From: Anthoceros angustus
Lineage: Eukaryota; Plantae; Anthocerotophyta
Direction of reading: 5' to 3'
Length of the DNA: 64,000 nt
NCBI GenBank assembly: GCA_010909165.1
Contig: MU008195.1
Span: 1-64,000 of the forward strand
Shown: positions 50,137 through 60,379 of the stretch, in pieces
Layout of the letters: every line of letters starts with the position of its first letter
How positions within the stretch are numbered: the first letter of the stretch is position 1
The notes under the pieces: model-generated
The model's database searches: none
Told to the model about the DNA's origin: nothing
Seen by the model: the letters and a program-made list of their open reading frames with translations, nothing else
Translations under genes and position numbers: made by a program

Positions 50137-52359
50137 GTGGAAACATGGACCATGGTGTCCTCCAGGTGTGCAGTTGCAGCTGGCGCAGAGGAGCTGGGTT
50201 TTGGGTCCAGGCCTTATGACTCCCTAGGCTGCCTGGCGCCTTGCACCTCATCCACGCACAGGCCGCCATCGCCTCTGCCTCTTCTTGCAGCAACAGCTTC
50301 TGTGGAGCCCACACACAGGAATGTGTGGGATCACAGGTTCTCTAGGAGTAGCACTGCCATGGTCACCGCTTCTCTGAATGTGCAGCTTGCTAGAGTGCAG
50401 GATGATGCTGACCACGGCAGGTCTGTAGGATGCAAACGGGGCGTGACGGCTGAAAGCGTGAGCAGACTATGTCACCAGGGGCAGCTGGTTGAGGCTGTTG
50501 AGGCTCTGGGAGTTTTGGTGCAGACACATGGTTGTGTATCGACGTCGCTCTTTTATGCTGTCCTCAAACAGTGTGTGGTTGAGGATGATCTGGTGTTGGG
50601 TCGTCGCGTTCATGCTCTCATTGTGGGGGCAGGGTATGAGTCGGACACGTTCTTGTGTAACCACATCATACGGATGTATGCCTCTCATGCCAAGCTACAA
50701 GACGCCATGGGTGTGTTTGCAATGGTTGCAGAGCCAGATGCCTTCACCTGGTCTGCCATAATCTCTGCGCATGTCAAGCACGGGGAAGACAAGGTGGCCA
50801 TAGAGCTGTATCATCGGATGCGGAGCTCAAGTGTGAAGCCGGATGGGCATGTGTTTGTGGCAGCCCTTCAGGCTTGTGCAAGGGGAGGAGACTTGAAGTC
50901 GGGGCAGGAGCTGCATGCTCATGTGATGGCCAGTGGCCTTCAGCATAACTTGTTTGTTTGGAACTGCTTGGTGGACATGTATGGTAAATGTGGCAGGATG
51001 GAGGAAGCCCAGAGAGTTTTTGACGGACTGAGTGAAAAGGATGTTGTGACATGGAGTGCCTTGATTGCAGGATATGCCCAGCAGGGCATGGGCCTGGAAG
51101 CTCTTGGGCTCTACAGGGCTATGGAAGAACAAGGCGCCGTTGCACCCAATGCTGTGACGTTTGTGTGCCTCGTGCAGGCGTGTGCCGGTGTCGGCACCCT
51201 GGCTTTGGAGACGGGGAAGAAGCTTCATGCACGAATCAGAGGAGAAGGACTTGAAGCCGATGTGCTTGTGGCCGGCAGCTTGGTGAACATGTATGCAAAG
51301 TGTGGCAGCCTGGAGGATGCACGGAGAGTGTTCGATGGACTTGGGCGGAAGAATGTGGTCACCTGGACTGCTCTGATAGCAGGATACTCCCAACAGGGCA
51401 TGGGTGAGGAAGCCCTTCGTCTGTACAGTGCTATGGGAGAGGAAGGCATTGCTCCACCTGATTCTGTCACATTTGTATGCCTTTTGCAGGCGTGTGCAAG
51501 GGTGTCAGCTTTGCATGTGGGACGGCAGCTTCATGCACAGATTGTTGATCAAGGGCTGCTAGCTGATGTGACAGTGTGCAACAGTTTGATAAACATGTAC
51601 GCAAAGTCGGGGAGCATGCTTGATGCACAGCAGGTGTTTGATACTTTACCCAGAAGAGATATAGTCACCTGGGGTGCTCTGATTGCAGGATACACCCGTC
51701 AAGGAAACAGTGACCAGGTCTTCCACCTGCTTGGCAGAATGAGCAAAGAAGGCACACAGCCGGACGGCATCACGTTCCTCAGTGTGCTAACAGTATGCAG
51801 CCATACAGGTCTAGTGACCAAGGGGCAAGAATACTTCGAGGCCATGAGCAGACACTACGGCATCACTCCCACGGTGGAGCACTACATATGCATGGTGGAT
51901 CTTCTGGGTCGGGCAGGCCGACTGGATGAGTCACTAGCTCTGGTAAGGGCAATGCCTGTACTGCCTAGTGCCGCAGTTTGGAAAACTCTACTGGCTGCTT
52001 GTAGGAAGTGGAGCAACGTGCAGGTCGGACGCCGTGCTTTCGATCAGGCTGTGAAGCTCGACAGCAAAGATCCCGCCTCGTATGTGTTGATGTTGAACAT
52101 TTACATCGGTGCCCAGATGTGGGAGCAGGCACAGGAGATGCAGTCGAGAAGATTAGAAATCGGGGCATGGAAGCAGCCAGGCCAAAGCTGGTGGACAGAC
52201 ATGGACGGCCTGGTGCATGCTTTTTTGGTTGGAGATCAGAAGCATCCCGAGAGGGAAAGCATATATGTAAGGCTGAACCAGCTGTTTTCCGAAATGAAGA
52301 AAGAAGAGTCTGTGCCATATCTCGATCCGTGGCCATCACATAAAAGAGCCATCACATAA
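50137..52359 (+). CDS. PLS-class pentatricopeptide repeat protein with E1-E2-E+ (WW-type PG box) and no DYW deaminase core
   Basis: Intronless 740-aa ORF: transit-peptide-like N-terminus, about 14 L/S/P motifs ending in P2-L2-S2, E1/E2, then KQPGQSWWTDMDGLVHAFLVGD..HPE..IY. It stops before any HxE or CxxC. Confidence 0.95.
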   Translation: METWTMVSSRCAVAAGAEELGFGSRPYDSLGCLAPCTSSTHRPPSPLPLLAATASVEPTHRNVWDHRFSRSSTAMVTASLNVQLARVQDDADHGRSVGCKRGVTAESVSRLCHQGQLVEAVEALGVLVQTHGCVSTSLFYAVLKQCVVEDDLVLGRRVHALIVGAGYESDTFLCNHIIRMYASHAKLQDAMGVFAMVAEPDAFTWSAIISAHVKHGEDKVAIELYHRMRSSSVKPDGHVFVAALQACARGGDLKSGQELHAHVMASGLQHNLFVWNCLVDMYGKCGRMEEAQRVFDGLSEKDVVTWSALIAGYAQQGMGLEALGLYRAMEEQGAVAPNAVTFVCLVQACAGVGTLALETGKKLHARIRGEGLEADVLVAGSLVNMYAKCGSLEDARRVFDGLGRKNVVTWTALIAGYSQQGMGEEALRLYSAMGEEGIAPPDSVTFVCLLQACARVSALHVGRQLHAQIVDQGLLADVTVCNSLINMYAKSGSMLDAQQVFDTLPRRDIVTWGALIAGYTRQGNSDQVFHLLGRMSKEGTQPDGITFLSVLTVCSHTGLVTKGQEYFEAMSRHYGITPTVEHYICMVDLLGRAGRLDESLALVRAMPVLPSAAVWKTLLAACRKWSNVQVGRRAFDQAVKLDSKDPASYVLMLNIYIGAQMWEQAQEMQSRRLEIGAWKQPGQSWWTDMDGLVHAFLVGDQKHPERESIYVRLNQLFSEMKKEESVPYLDPWPSHKRAIT

Positions 52360-52517
52360 AGGACGTAACTCCAAGTCTGCTGCTAATCTGATATCTGATC
52401 AGGTAACCGACCCGACACCAACACACGCACCATGGTGATCACCCTCGCCATTCGAAACGGGAGACGTTCCGTTGCAAGTTACGGATGTATAAAATTCAGT
52501 AAATCACTCTGTCCTCA

Positions 52518-52617
52518 GGCTTTCTCGTCCACTCTGGCTTTCTTGTTACCTCCGGCTTTCTCGAGCACTCTGGCTTTTCTTGTTGCCTCCGGCTTTCTCG
52601 TGCACTCTGGCTTTCTC
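52518..52617. repeat. ~36-bp tandem repeat x2.7 in the STIG1-like 5' leader
   Basis: GGCTTTCTCG(T/A)(C/G)CACTCTGGCTTTCTTGTT(A/G)CCTCC units. Confidence 0.85.
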
Positions 52618-52654
52618 CTTCATTTTTGTACCGGATCGATCGACAACGTATGAG

Positions 52655-53234
52655 ATGGCGAACACTATGAACCGCGCTGCCCTGCTCTCGCTCAATCTGT
52701 TTCTGGCGGTGCTCTTCAAATCCGTGATGAGCGTCTCAGCGATGGGATCCGCCTGCCCCGAACTCATGGCGAGGACCGTAAGTGCTTTCTCTTGCAGCGT
52801 GGTATTTTGAAAATTTCAACGCATTCGCTGCAGATCTGCAGGGACATGCTCACTTCGCCTCACCGTTTCTCACGGTCCATTTGGTCTGGCAGCTGTTCTG
52901 CCAGAATGCGCCATATCTCACTGCGTCGGCGTGCTGCACATCTACCGTCGTCCCTTACATGCAAACTGGCCTGTGCGTCGACTTGGATAACGATAAAGAA
53001 TTCTGCGGTAGTTGCAGTAACAGCTGCGGGGAATTCGAGCAATGCTGCAAGGGCAAGTGCACGAACGTGTACGCCGATGCATCCAACTGCGGGGTCTGCG
53101 GGAATAGCTGTCCCGGAGGATTCATTTGCGCGGAATTGGTGAATGATGAACTCACATCTGGCGGCGACTACAGCAACGATGTGGACACGGGACTCCGGGT
53201 TTGCATGCCTGCGTCTGTTGATCCGGTCGCTTGA
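52655..53234 (+). CDS. STIG1-like secreted cysteine-rich protein, 2 exons
   Basis: Signal peptide exon 52655-52777 with a GTAAGT donor, and an in-frame acceptor at 52842 or 52893. CC...CVDLDND..FCGSC...C.....CC.G.C......D..NCG.CG..C is the Stig1 pattern. Confidence 0.85.
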
Positions 53235-54040
53235 AAGCTTGACCGGCCTTGACATGGAGCGGCATTGGATTCTGAAGATGTTCTGCTATTTTTGAGACTG
53301 CTCGCATCGGCTTACAGCGGGACAACTCTTCGCTGTCAGCTGAAACAGCTAGCGAACTGAGGACCAGACAGCGGATTCTCCGTCAGAGTTGTTGTTAGCA
53401 CTTAATTTGTAGTGATGAATGTCTTCCCTATCTTTGTTCTGTCACGTGTTAGCACTTTTTATGTGCAACACTGTGTGATACCTTGTACAAGAATGTTGAT
53501 GTCAGTGACCATCTCAATTTCTCGCTGGAAGTCTAATCAATCATCATACGTCTTCTCCTTGCAAGATTTTCTTGTTCAAACCTGTTTAAACCTGCAAATT
53601 TCAAGCATTAAGGCAGCAGGCTGGCTAACTTGTTCATCGCATTTGGATTTGTTCTCCCTCTCGCACTGCATCCAGCTGTGGAATATGTCACATGCAGCTC
53701 CACTTCGTCGGGCTCGGTGAAGACGGGGGGTTTACTGACGCATGTATTTGATGGGTGGGGTAATTGACGCAAATGTCGTGAATAGTAATAGTGCTTTGGT
53801 CATTGCTTCAAGCCTCTTCAAATCTTCAAAGAGGCATTCTGGCAGTTGGACTAACTTCTTATTCACACGCAGCTCCGCTCAGTCAGAGTCGGTGGACCTT
53901 GTGAGTTTGTTTGACGCATATGTATGTGCACGGATTAGTCGTATGGGGATGAGACTGTCAAGTCACTTTGAGGTCCCAAAATGCATCGAGACGTTTTTGC
54001 AATTAGATCTAGTTTTCATCCTAATAAATTCGTACACAGC

Positions 54041-55252
54041 TCAGGAGTTTTCAATGTCTTCATGTGTATGCAAGTGCAACCTCTGTTTGAGCGTCATGAC
54101 CTTGTCACAGGAAAGTTGTATAGTGGATTGTGTCTCAGCTATCTTGACCACTAGCTCCAGAGCTGTCAGAAAAATTGCAGACGAAGATGACGTCCAGACA
54201 TATGTTGTTTTGCAGAGCTTCTTGTTGAGAAAACTACAGGAAAGACGCATTACCTTTTGTAAACAAGCTCTGTGCTGACCTAAGGTGTGGTGGAATCAAG
54301 GTGCCAAACATTAGCAATGGATCTTGCTTATGTCTATTTGCCTGCAAAAAATGCATGAGATGTTACCTTCCATCAGGAATGACTGAAACTGATGAGACTG
54401 CATGGAGAAAACGGCAAACCTTCGAAGACACTGGGTCAGTCTCAGCATCTGATTCTGAATCATCTGACAGCACCAAGGCGTCCACCAGTTTCTCCATAGT
54501 TGCATTGCCTGATACAACCTCAACCGTCATATGGGCAAGTGCAGCAAAGTTTAGCAACAAGAATGATCTACCTTGTAGGCCATGCAAATTAACGCGACGC
54601 CTCAGTTGAGGAACAACTGCAGGTTTGACTTCATCTTCAACGGAACCACGTTCTTGTTCTTCAAAGCCTCCCCTCAGCAGTTTGAAGTTGAATCCAATGC
54701 CATCACCTGACGACACTTGCTCATCAGAATCAGCTGCTGTGTCTTGATCTGCTGCTGAGAGAAAACCAATTAGCTACTGATGTTTGTCCCAATTGCTCTA
54801 AAAGCAGCAAAAGTGTCAAACAGCACCCGAGCTCCAAGGCCCACATCACACTGCACACAACTGCAATACAGGTTCCAGAAAAATTCCAACCTCGGGAGTC
54901 GGCAGGAAGACTACTCAGATCAACAAGAGTAGAGGCCGCGCAAGGCCGAAGACTGAAGAGAGGATAGCTTATGCGGGTTGGCCCTAAGGTATACCGTGCT
55001 TTCGCTATCTCCAACCATCCCTACGCACACAATCCTTCCCTGTCACATCTATAGCCGCGGAGATTTGTCTGGCAGCAAGATTAGTGCAACAGCTTGACCC
55101 ACCTCCCTCAACAGGTTGCTCGCGGACCGCTGCAGTTCCAGCAAAGACGTGACAGCATCCAGGCACCGGATCACCTCTCCGTCCAGCGTCGATTCCACAG
55201 TATCCTCCTCATCCAGGGTGAGCAATTCAATATCACCCGGCTGAAGTCCCAT
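54041..55252 (-). CDS. CCDC115 / VMA22-like V-ATPase assembly factor, multi-exon
   Basis: LLRE|GWLEIAKARYTLGPTRIS and QDPLLMFGTLIPPHLRSAQSLF..ALELVVKIA match the two conserved blocks of the family. GT-AG introns. Confidence 0.82.
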
Positions 55253-55633
55253 CTCCCTGCGCCCCTGATGTGCCCTCTCTGTGCTGTAGATTCCAGATCC
55301 GGGATACGACACCAGGCGCACTCCCTTGGTGGTTGCTGTTCAGGATTCCTGCCAGATTTGCAAAGCACATCGTAATATATGCCCGGCCTCTCAGAATAGG
55401 GCTGATGCTGGACTCGGAAGTTTCAGCAGGGTGAAAAGCCACGGTCCTGCGTCAATTGTGAGGAGTGGCCACCTGGAGAAATTCCGAACTGGTAGCTTCC
55501 CAGTGCGACAGACAAGCTGCAGGATTTCTCATCACGCTCGATGGTGGGCGAATATGTGGGTGCCTGAGAGGTAAGGCACGTTTCATTCCACACCTGTCTG
55601 CTCCTTATTTTATTATAAATGTGGGCGTCAGTC
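55253..55633. promoter_or_regulatory. Probable bidirectional promoter between the CCDC115-like gene and SCO2
   Basis: Head-to-head ATGs only ~380 bp apart, with a TATA-like TTATTATAAAT at ~55610. Confidence 0.5.
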
Positions 55634-56711
55634 ATGGCGGCCAGAGCCGGTGCGTGGAGGGATCACAGTACCCTGTGATCACTTCATGGCAGCGGTTGCC
55701 AGCCCGGAGATTGTTCCTCTGCTTTGTACCCTAGAAGCTGCTTGTCAGGCGAAGCGCTGACGCTTGTGCAGCTCTGGAGTCTCCACAGGCCAAGCCCATG
55801 ACGCCTTCTCCTGCTGCGCACTGGCGTTCCATCCCCATCCCCTGCAGCATTGCCCCATCAGTGTCCTCGCCGTGGCCTGGCCCTGCCGGTGTGTCTCAGC
55901 TGGGCAGCAGCAGATGGCAGGAGCGGTGCAGTGGACTGGGGATGGGGAGGTGCCGAGGGAACAGCTTGCGGTGGGGAGTTTGCATTTCGCCTTGTCCTGA
56001 CATTCTGAGCTTGCAGCTTTCCTGGTAAGGATCTCTCGCTTCTGCTGCTACATGTCTCTCGGATTAGCTGTCAGGACCTCCGGTTGTTGCATGGGTTGGA
56101 GATTCGCAATCTGACCATCTTCGTGTAGCGCCGGTTTGTTTGGAGCAGGTCCTAGTCTTACAATCTATGCAAGGAAGTGGTGGGAGAAGAAAGAGGAGAG
56201 CCAGCTGAAGAAGGACTTGGCCCTCCCCTTGCCCCTGGCTTACCCCTCCCCCAAGCCCCTCTCCAAGGAAGATGTCGATAAACTTGTGAAATGCAATCCC
56301 GAAGTACAGGTGCAGTCACCGTCCGCCTCGAAGATCCAGGGTTTTGGTAGGGTTTAGGTATTCCCCACCACGGGATTCAGCTGTATGTCCTCTGAACAGT
56401 GCCACCTATTTTGCAGGAGTGCAAGAACGTGGTCTACCAATGGACAGGCAAGTGCAAGAGCTGTCAAGGCACAGGCATGGTGAGCTTCCGCCGGAAAAGG
56501 GGGCGCGAGGTGAACAGCAAATGCATAGCCTGCCTTGGCCTGGGTACATACCATCACCCTCCCTCCCACCGTCTCCTTCCCGCACTACCCTCCTACCACT
56601 CGCAGTACCAGTCTACTAACGCTTCCACACCCGTCCCCAGGTTCTGTGCAGAGGATCACCTCCCGAGACGACATCAAAGTCATGGACGAAGCTGAACCAG
56701 ACTCGAAGTAG
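55634..56711 (+). CDS. SCO2: SCO2/CYO1-like chloroplast DnaJ-type zinc-finger protein disulfide isomerase, about 5 exons
   Basis: LPLPLAYP...KCNPEVQ|ECKNVVYQWTGKCKSCQGTG...RGRE..KCIACLGLG|SVQRITSRDDIKVMD, with two CxxCxGxG motifs. 5' exon boundaries are less certain. Confidence 0.85.
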
Positions 56712-57319
56712 CCTACTAACCAACCAGAAGCCGTCACGGGCCTGTTCCAGCCCCCGAAAAGTGCTCCTCACTTCTTCACCTCCCGTTTCTAACCCACCTG
56801 TACCCGGGGATGCATTCATCTTCCGTTGGATTTTTGTAGGTAGACGAACAAGCGCTGGCAGTGACTCTCCTCCATGTGAGCACTCATTTCCTTCAGCCCA
56901 CACTTCCCATCTCTGCTCGATCAAACTTCACCATCACCTGCCACCCCCGGGGGCAGTAAAAAGCCACCCACTGACTGGGATGTCTGGTGGCCTATCTTTC
57001 CAGCTCGACAAGACGCCCCAGCCTCCAGGCAAGAGCCCAACGACAACCTCTGTCCTGCCTTGGGCTCTTTGCTAGCAAGTTACTCATGTGTGGTAGCAGC
57101 CGCATTGACGGATTAGAATTTGGCTCGTGTCTTGCATCCAAAAACTAAGCATTCTTTTCACTACACGGATTACGGTGTAGGTAGGTGGTGTACTTTTTTG
57201 CAGCATGTATGTACAGCATGCAGTTGTTGTATATGGGGAGAAGGAGATGGACGGCAACACAGTTAACAGTGGTGTTGGCTGGAGAGAATGCCTGCAACAC
57301 GTTGCAGGCCGGCTGGAGC

Positions 57320-57390
57320 TAGATAGATACATAGATAGGTAGATAGATATATAGATTTCCTAGATAGATAGATAGACATATAGAGAGAGA
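57320..57390. repeat. (GATA)n-type microsatellite
   Basis: agatagatacatagataggtagatagat...tagatagatagatagac. Confidence 0.85.
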
Positions 57391-58336
57391 AATAGGTGCA
57401 ATTTTACACGCACAATGCGGGAGAAAGGATGGAAGGACAGCGATGGTGTGAGGCAAGGTGGAGCCCAGCAGGTGGAGTAGGTGCGCCGGCGCTGTTTTCA
57501 GGCACATCCTTTTGTGCCACGGAAAATGCGCCTCAGGTTGACCGCCTGGGAGCGTGCCGCGTTGCGGCCTGTAATGCTACGCCCCGGCCCCCGGACACGC
57601 GTCGCGACTCCCGATGGGTTTAGTTATTGTGGTGTCGTTAAATCGGCAGGCCGGGTCGGGGTTGGCCGATGACGGCCTGACCTGACCCGACCGACCTGAC
57701 CCGGTCCAGGGAGGTCCCTCGAGCTGGAGCTGCAGGCTGGAGGCGAGCCGGTTACCACATCCTCCGGGGCCTGAGGCTGGCACCTGCCTGCCTGGCCTGG
57801 CCTGGCCGCGCTCCGCCCGGCCTTGCCCGGCCTGCTCCCCCCCGGCGTCGCATTCTGGCTGGATCTGCCGCCTTGTGATCGCCTCGCGTCGCGGACATCC
57901 TGCTGCGCTGCGCTGCTTTGCTTCGACTCGCGTCCCGCGATTCGAGAGTCACGATTCGCGATTCGCGTCTCTCGCGTCTCTCGCGTCTCGCATTCTGCCG
58001 ATCTCGGGTGAGCGCGCGCGGGGGGAGGAGCGGGAGCAGGGGCGTTGTGGAGCGATCTTGGATCGGGAGCGGCGGGGCGAGCCGTGGAGGGAGCTCGGAT
58101 GCGATGGCGGGATCCCGGCGCCGGGGTGCCTGGACAGCACAGTGCAGCTCTTCTTGACAGAGCGCTCGATTCCGGCGGCAGGACGGTGACGCGGGGATGG
58201 ATGATCGGGAATTCGGATCCTGGGAGGAGATGGACGCGGAGCTGTAGCGGATGCGGAATTCTGGTTGCTGGCTTGAGGGGGACTAATCCGCGCATTGGCA
58301 TCGGGGAGGCGGCTGCTCGGTTTCGGATCTTTGTTG

Positions 58337-58386
58337 CGGCTTCGGCTTCGGCTTCGGCTTCGGCGTCGGCTTCGGCTTCGGCTTCC
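58337..58386. repeat. (GGCTTC)n hexamer microsatellite
   Basis: About 8 units, in the likely 5' UTR or leader intron of the DUF1218 gene. Confidence 0.9.
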
Positions 58387-58869
58387 GTTTAGCGTGCGGC
58401 CAGTCCCAGCGCCGCTGGAATTTCGGGATTTGTTTGTCCCCGGTTCCTGGATCCGGCACTGTAGCGGAGGGAAGCGGGTGGATCGGAGCTCGGGGGTAGG
58501 AAGAGATGAGGTGTCGGAGGCCTTCGGGGTGAGGTGTGAACAGGAGCAGCACTTGGTGTTCTTGTGGACGGGAAGCTGGATCTCGGATCGGGTGAGGATT
58601 GGAGCAGGGGGAGGGTAGCGGAGGGGAGGGGAATGTGTGCTCGTCTTTCTGCCGTTAGGTTTTTTCAGGACCCGGCGATGCATTGGAGTGGGCGTCTAAC
58701 TGTCACATGATTGTGAATTCAGGCATGCTCGTTTGGAAGCTCAGACTCACAGTCTAGCTTCTGTTAGGGCTTGTTCCAGTGGTTGAAGCCGAGCGTGATT
58801 TAAGAGCCTCACAAAGCTGGAAGTTGGTAGTTTGATTAGAAGGAGCAGGAGCAGGAGCAGGTCGAGACA

Positions 58870-59938
58870 ATGGCGGTCACACATGCAGACCTCGAGGTCG
58901 ATCCCAGCAAGGGTATGCTGGGGGGTAGAAAGGGAACGATTGTGATGGTTTTGTGTACAGTTTTGGGGCTGGTCGCTTTTGTCCTCTGTTTGGTTGCCGA
59001 AACAACGAGATCGCAGGTACATCATGCTCTCCTTTCTCTACTTTTGCCTTGCACTGGTTGCCTAGCTATCAAAGCAGGGATTGGTGCAGTCCAGACTTTT
59101 GTATATCGAGCAAAGATGCTCATCTGTCTTCTGAATTTGCAACTGCAGGTTGAATGGGATTTTTTCACCCCTCCTGGCGAAAACCCGAAAGTGGTTATCA
59201 TGTGTATGTACACCAACAATGGCACCTCTCCACTGAGCTTTGCAGCAGGTGCCCTTGTGGCTGTGATTGTAGCACTTGCTGCTGGCCAAACATTTATGGG
59301 TATTGCCTTATGCCACCCACCTACTCGAAACACGTTTCGATCCTCTACGCCCTTAACCAGAAGCTCGATATCAGCTGCGACCCTCCGCTGGCAAGCTGCT
59401 GGTTTTTTTGTGATGTCCTGGTGAGATCCCCCTTTCATACGCTCATATTACTTCCTTTATGCTTCCTGATCATTTTTATGGTAGATCTGGCTCAGTTCAG
59501 CAAATATTGAGCAGAGCACTGGTGTTGGTTTGCAGGATAAGCTTCGCTGTTACGGCAGTATTATTGCTTATTGGCATCACAGTTGAAGCTGATCATATTC
59601 AGGATAATGGGCAACCACATTCACAGTGCTTGGTGGTCAGGCAAGGACTATTTGCAGCTGCTGGTGTGTTTGCCCTTGCTTCAAGTTCTTTAGGAGTGGC
59701 ATTCTATATTGCTGCAATGAACACTCTCAAATTAGAGGCCAGAAACGGAGACCAGATCAGCCTGGAGCTTTACACCAGACAACCATCCTCCCCTCCCCCA
59801 CGCCCCACCGTATTAGTACTGATAGATGAGACAATCAGCACACCAGCTCCCGTTCCCCAAGATGATGCCCCTCAACCTGATGCACATTCCCTGCTGGATA
59901 CGATCAAGCTCGACAGTGTAAAGTTGGGATATGGGTGA
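58870..59938 (+). CDS. DUF1218 family membrane protein, 3 exons
   Basis: MAVTHADLE...LGLVAFVLCLVAE..RS|, CMY...G, WQA..FFVMSW|ISFAV..LLLIG..VE and C.VVRQGLFAAAGVF. Two GT-AG introns. Confidence 0.88.
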
Positions 59939-60379
59939 TGCCGGGTTATCTTGGTGAAGAGTGTGGTTGGAACCAAGACATGGCCCCGTCAGGAAGTCAC
60001 GTCCCTGCAACAGGGCGCCCTCACTGATCCACTGATCGAAAGGTGATGAGGGAAGGTGTCAGACCCGTTTCAGTCTTGGTAACCTGAGGTGAGAGAGGGG
60101 TGGGAGTGTACAATAATAACCAGCTCAGTCCACAAGGTTCTGACTGGAAAGGATTGCTTGACTATTTGCTCTTGACGTCATCTGGAATAAACTTTTCGAC
60201 CTCATAGCTTGGAGGCAAGCGCCCTCTTATGTACATACACACATAGATACTTCTGTTGCAATGAATGAGTGACACGTTTACATACTTGCTTTTCCGCCCA
60301 GATTGAAAGTCGTGTACTTCACGACACCCTCAAGTACTTGCTTTTCGAAGAGAAAGAAATGTGGCGAAAATTCAATTGG

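Noticed and set aside
57624-58683. 225-244 aa ORFs upstream of the DUF1218 gene
   Set aside because: Low-complexity GC-rich promoter/UTR sequence with microsatellites and no recognisable protein features.
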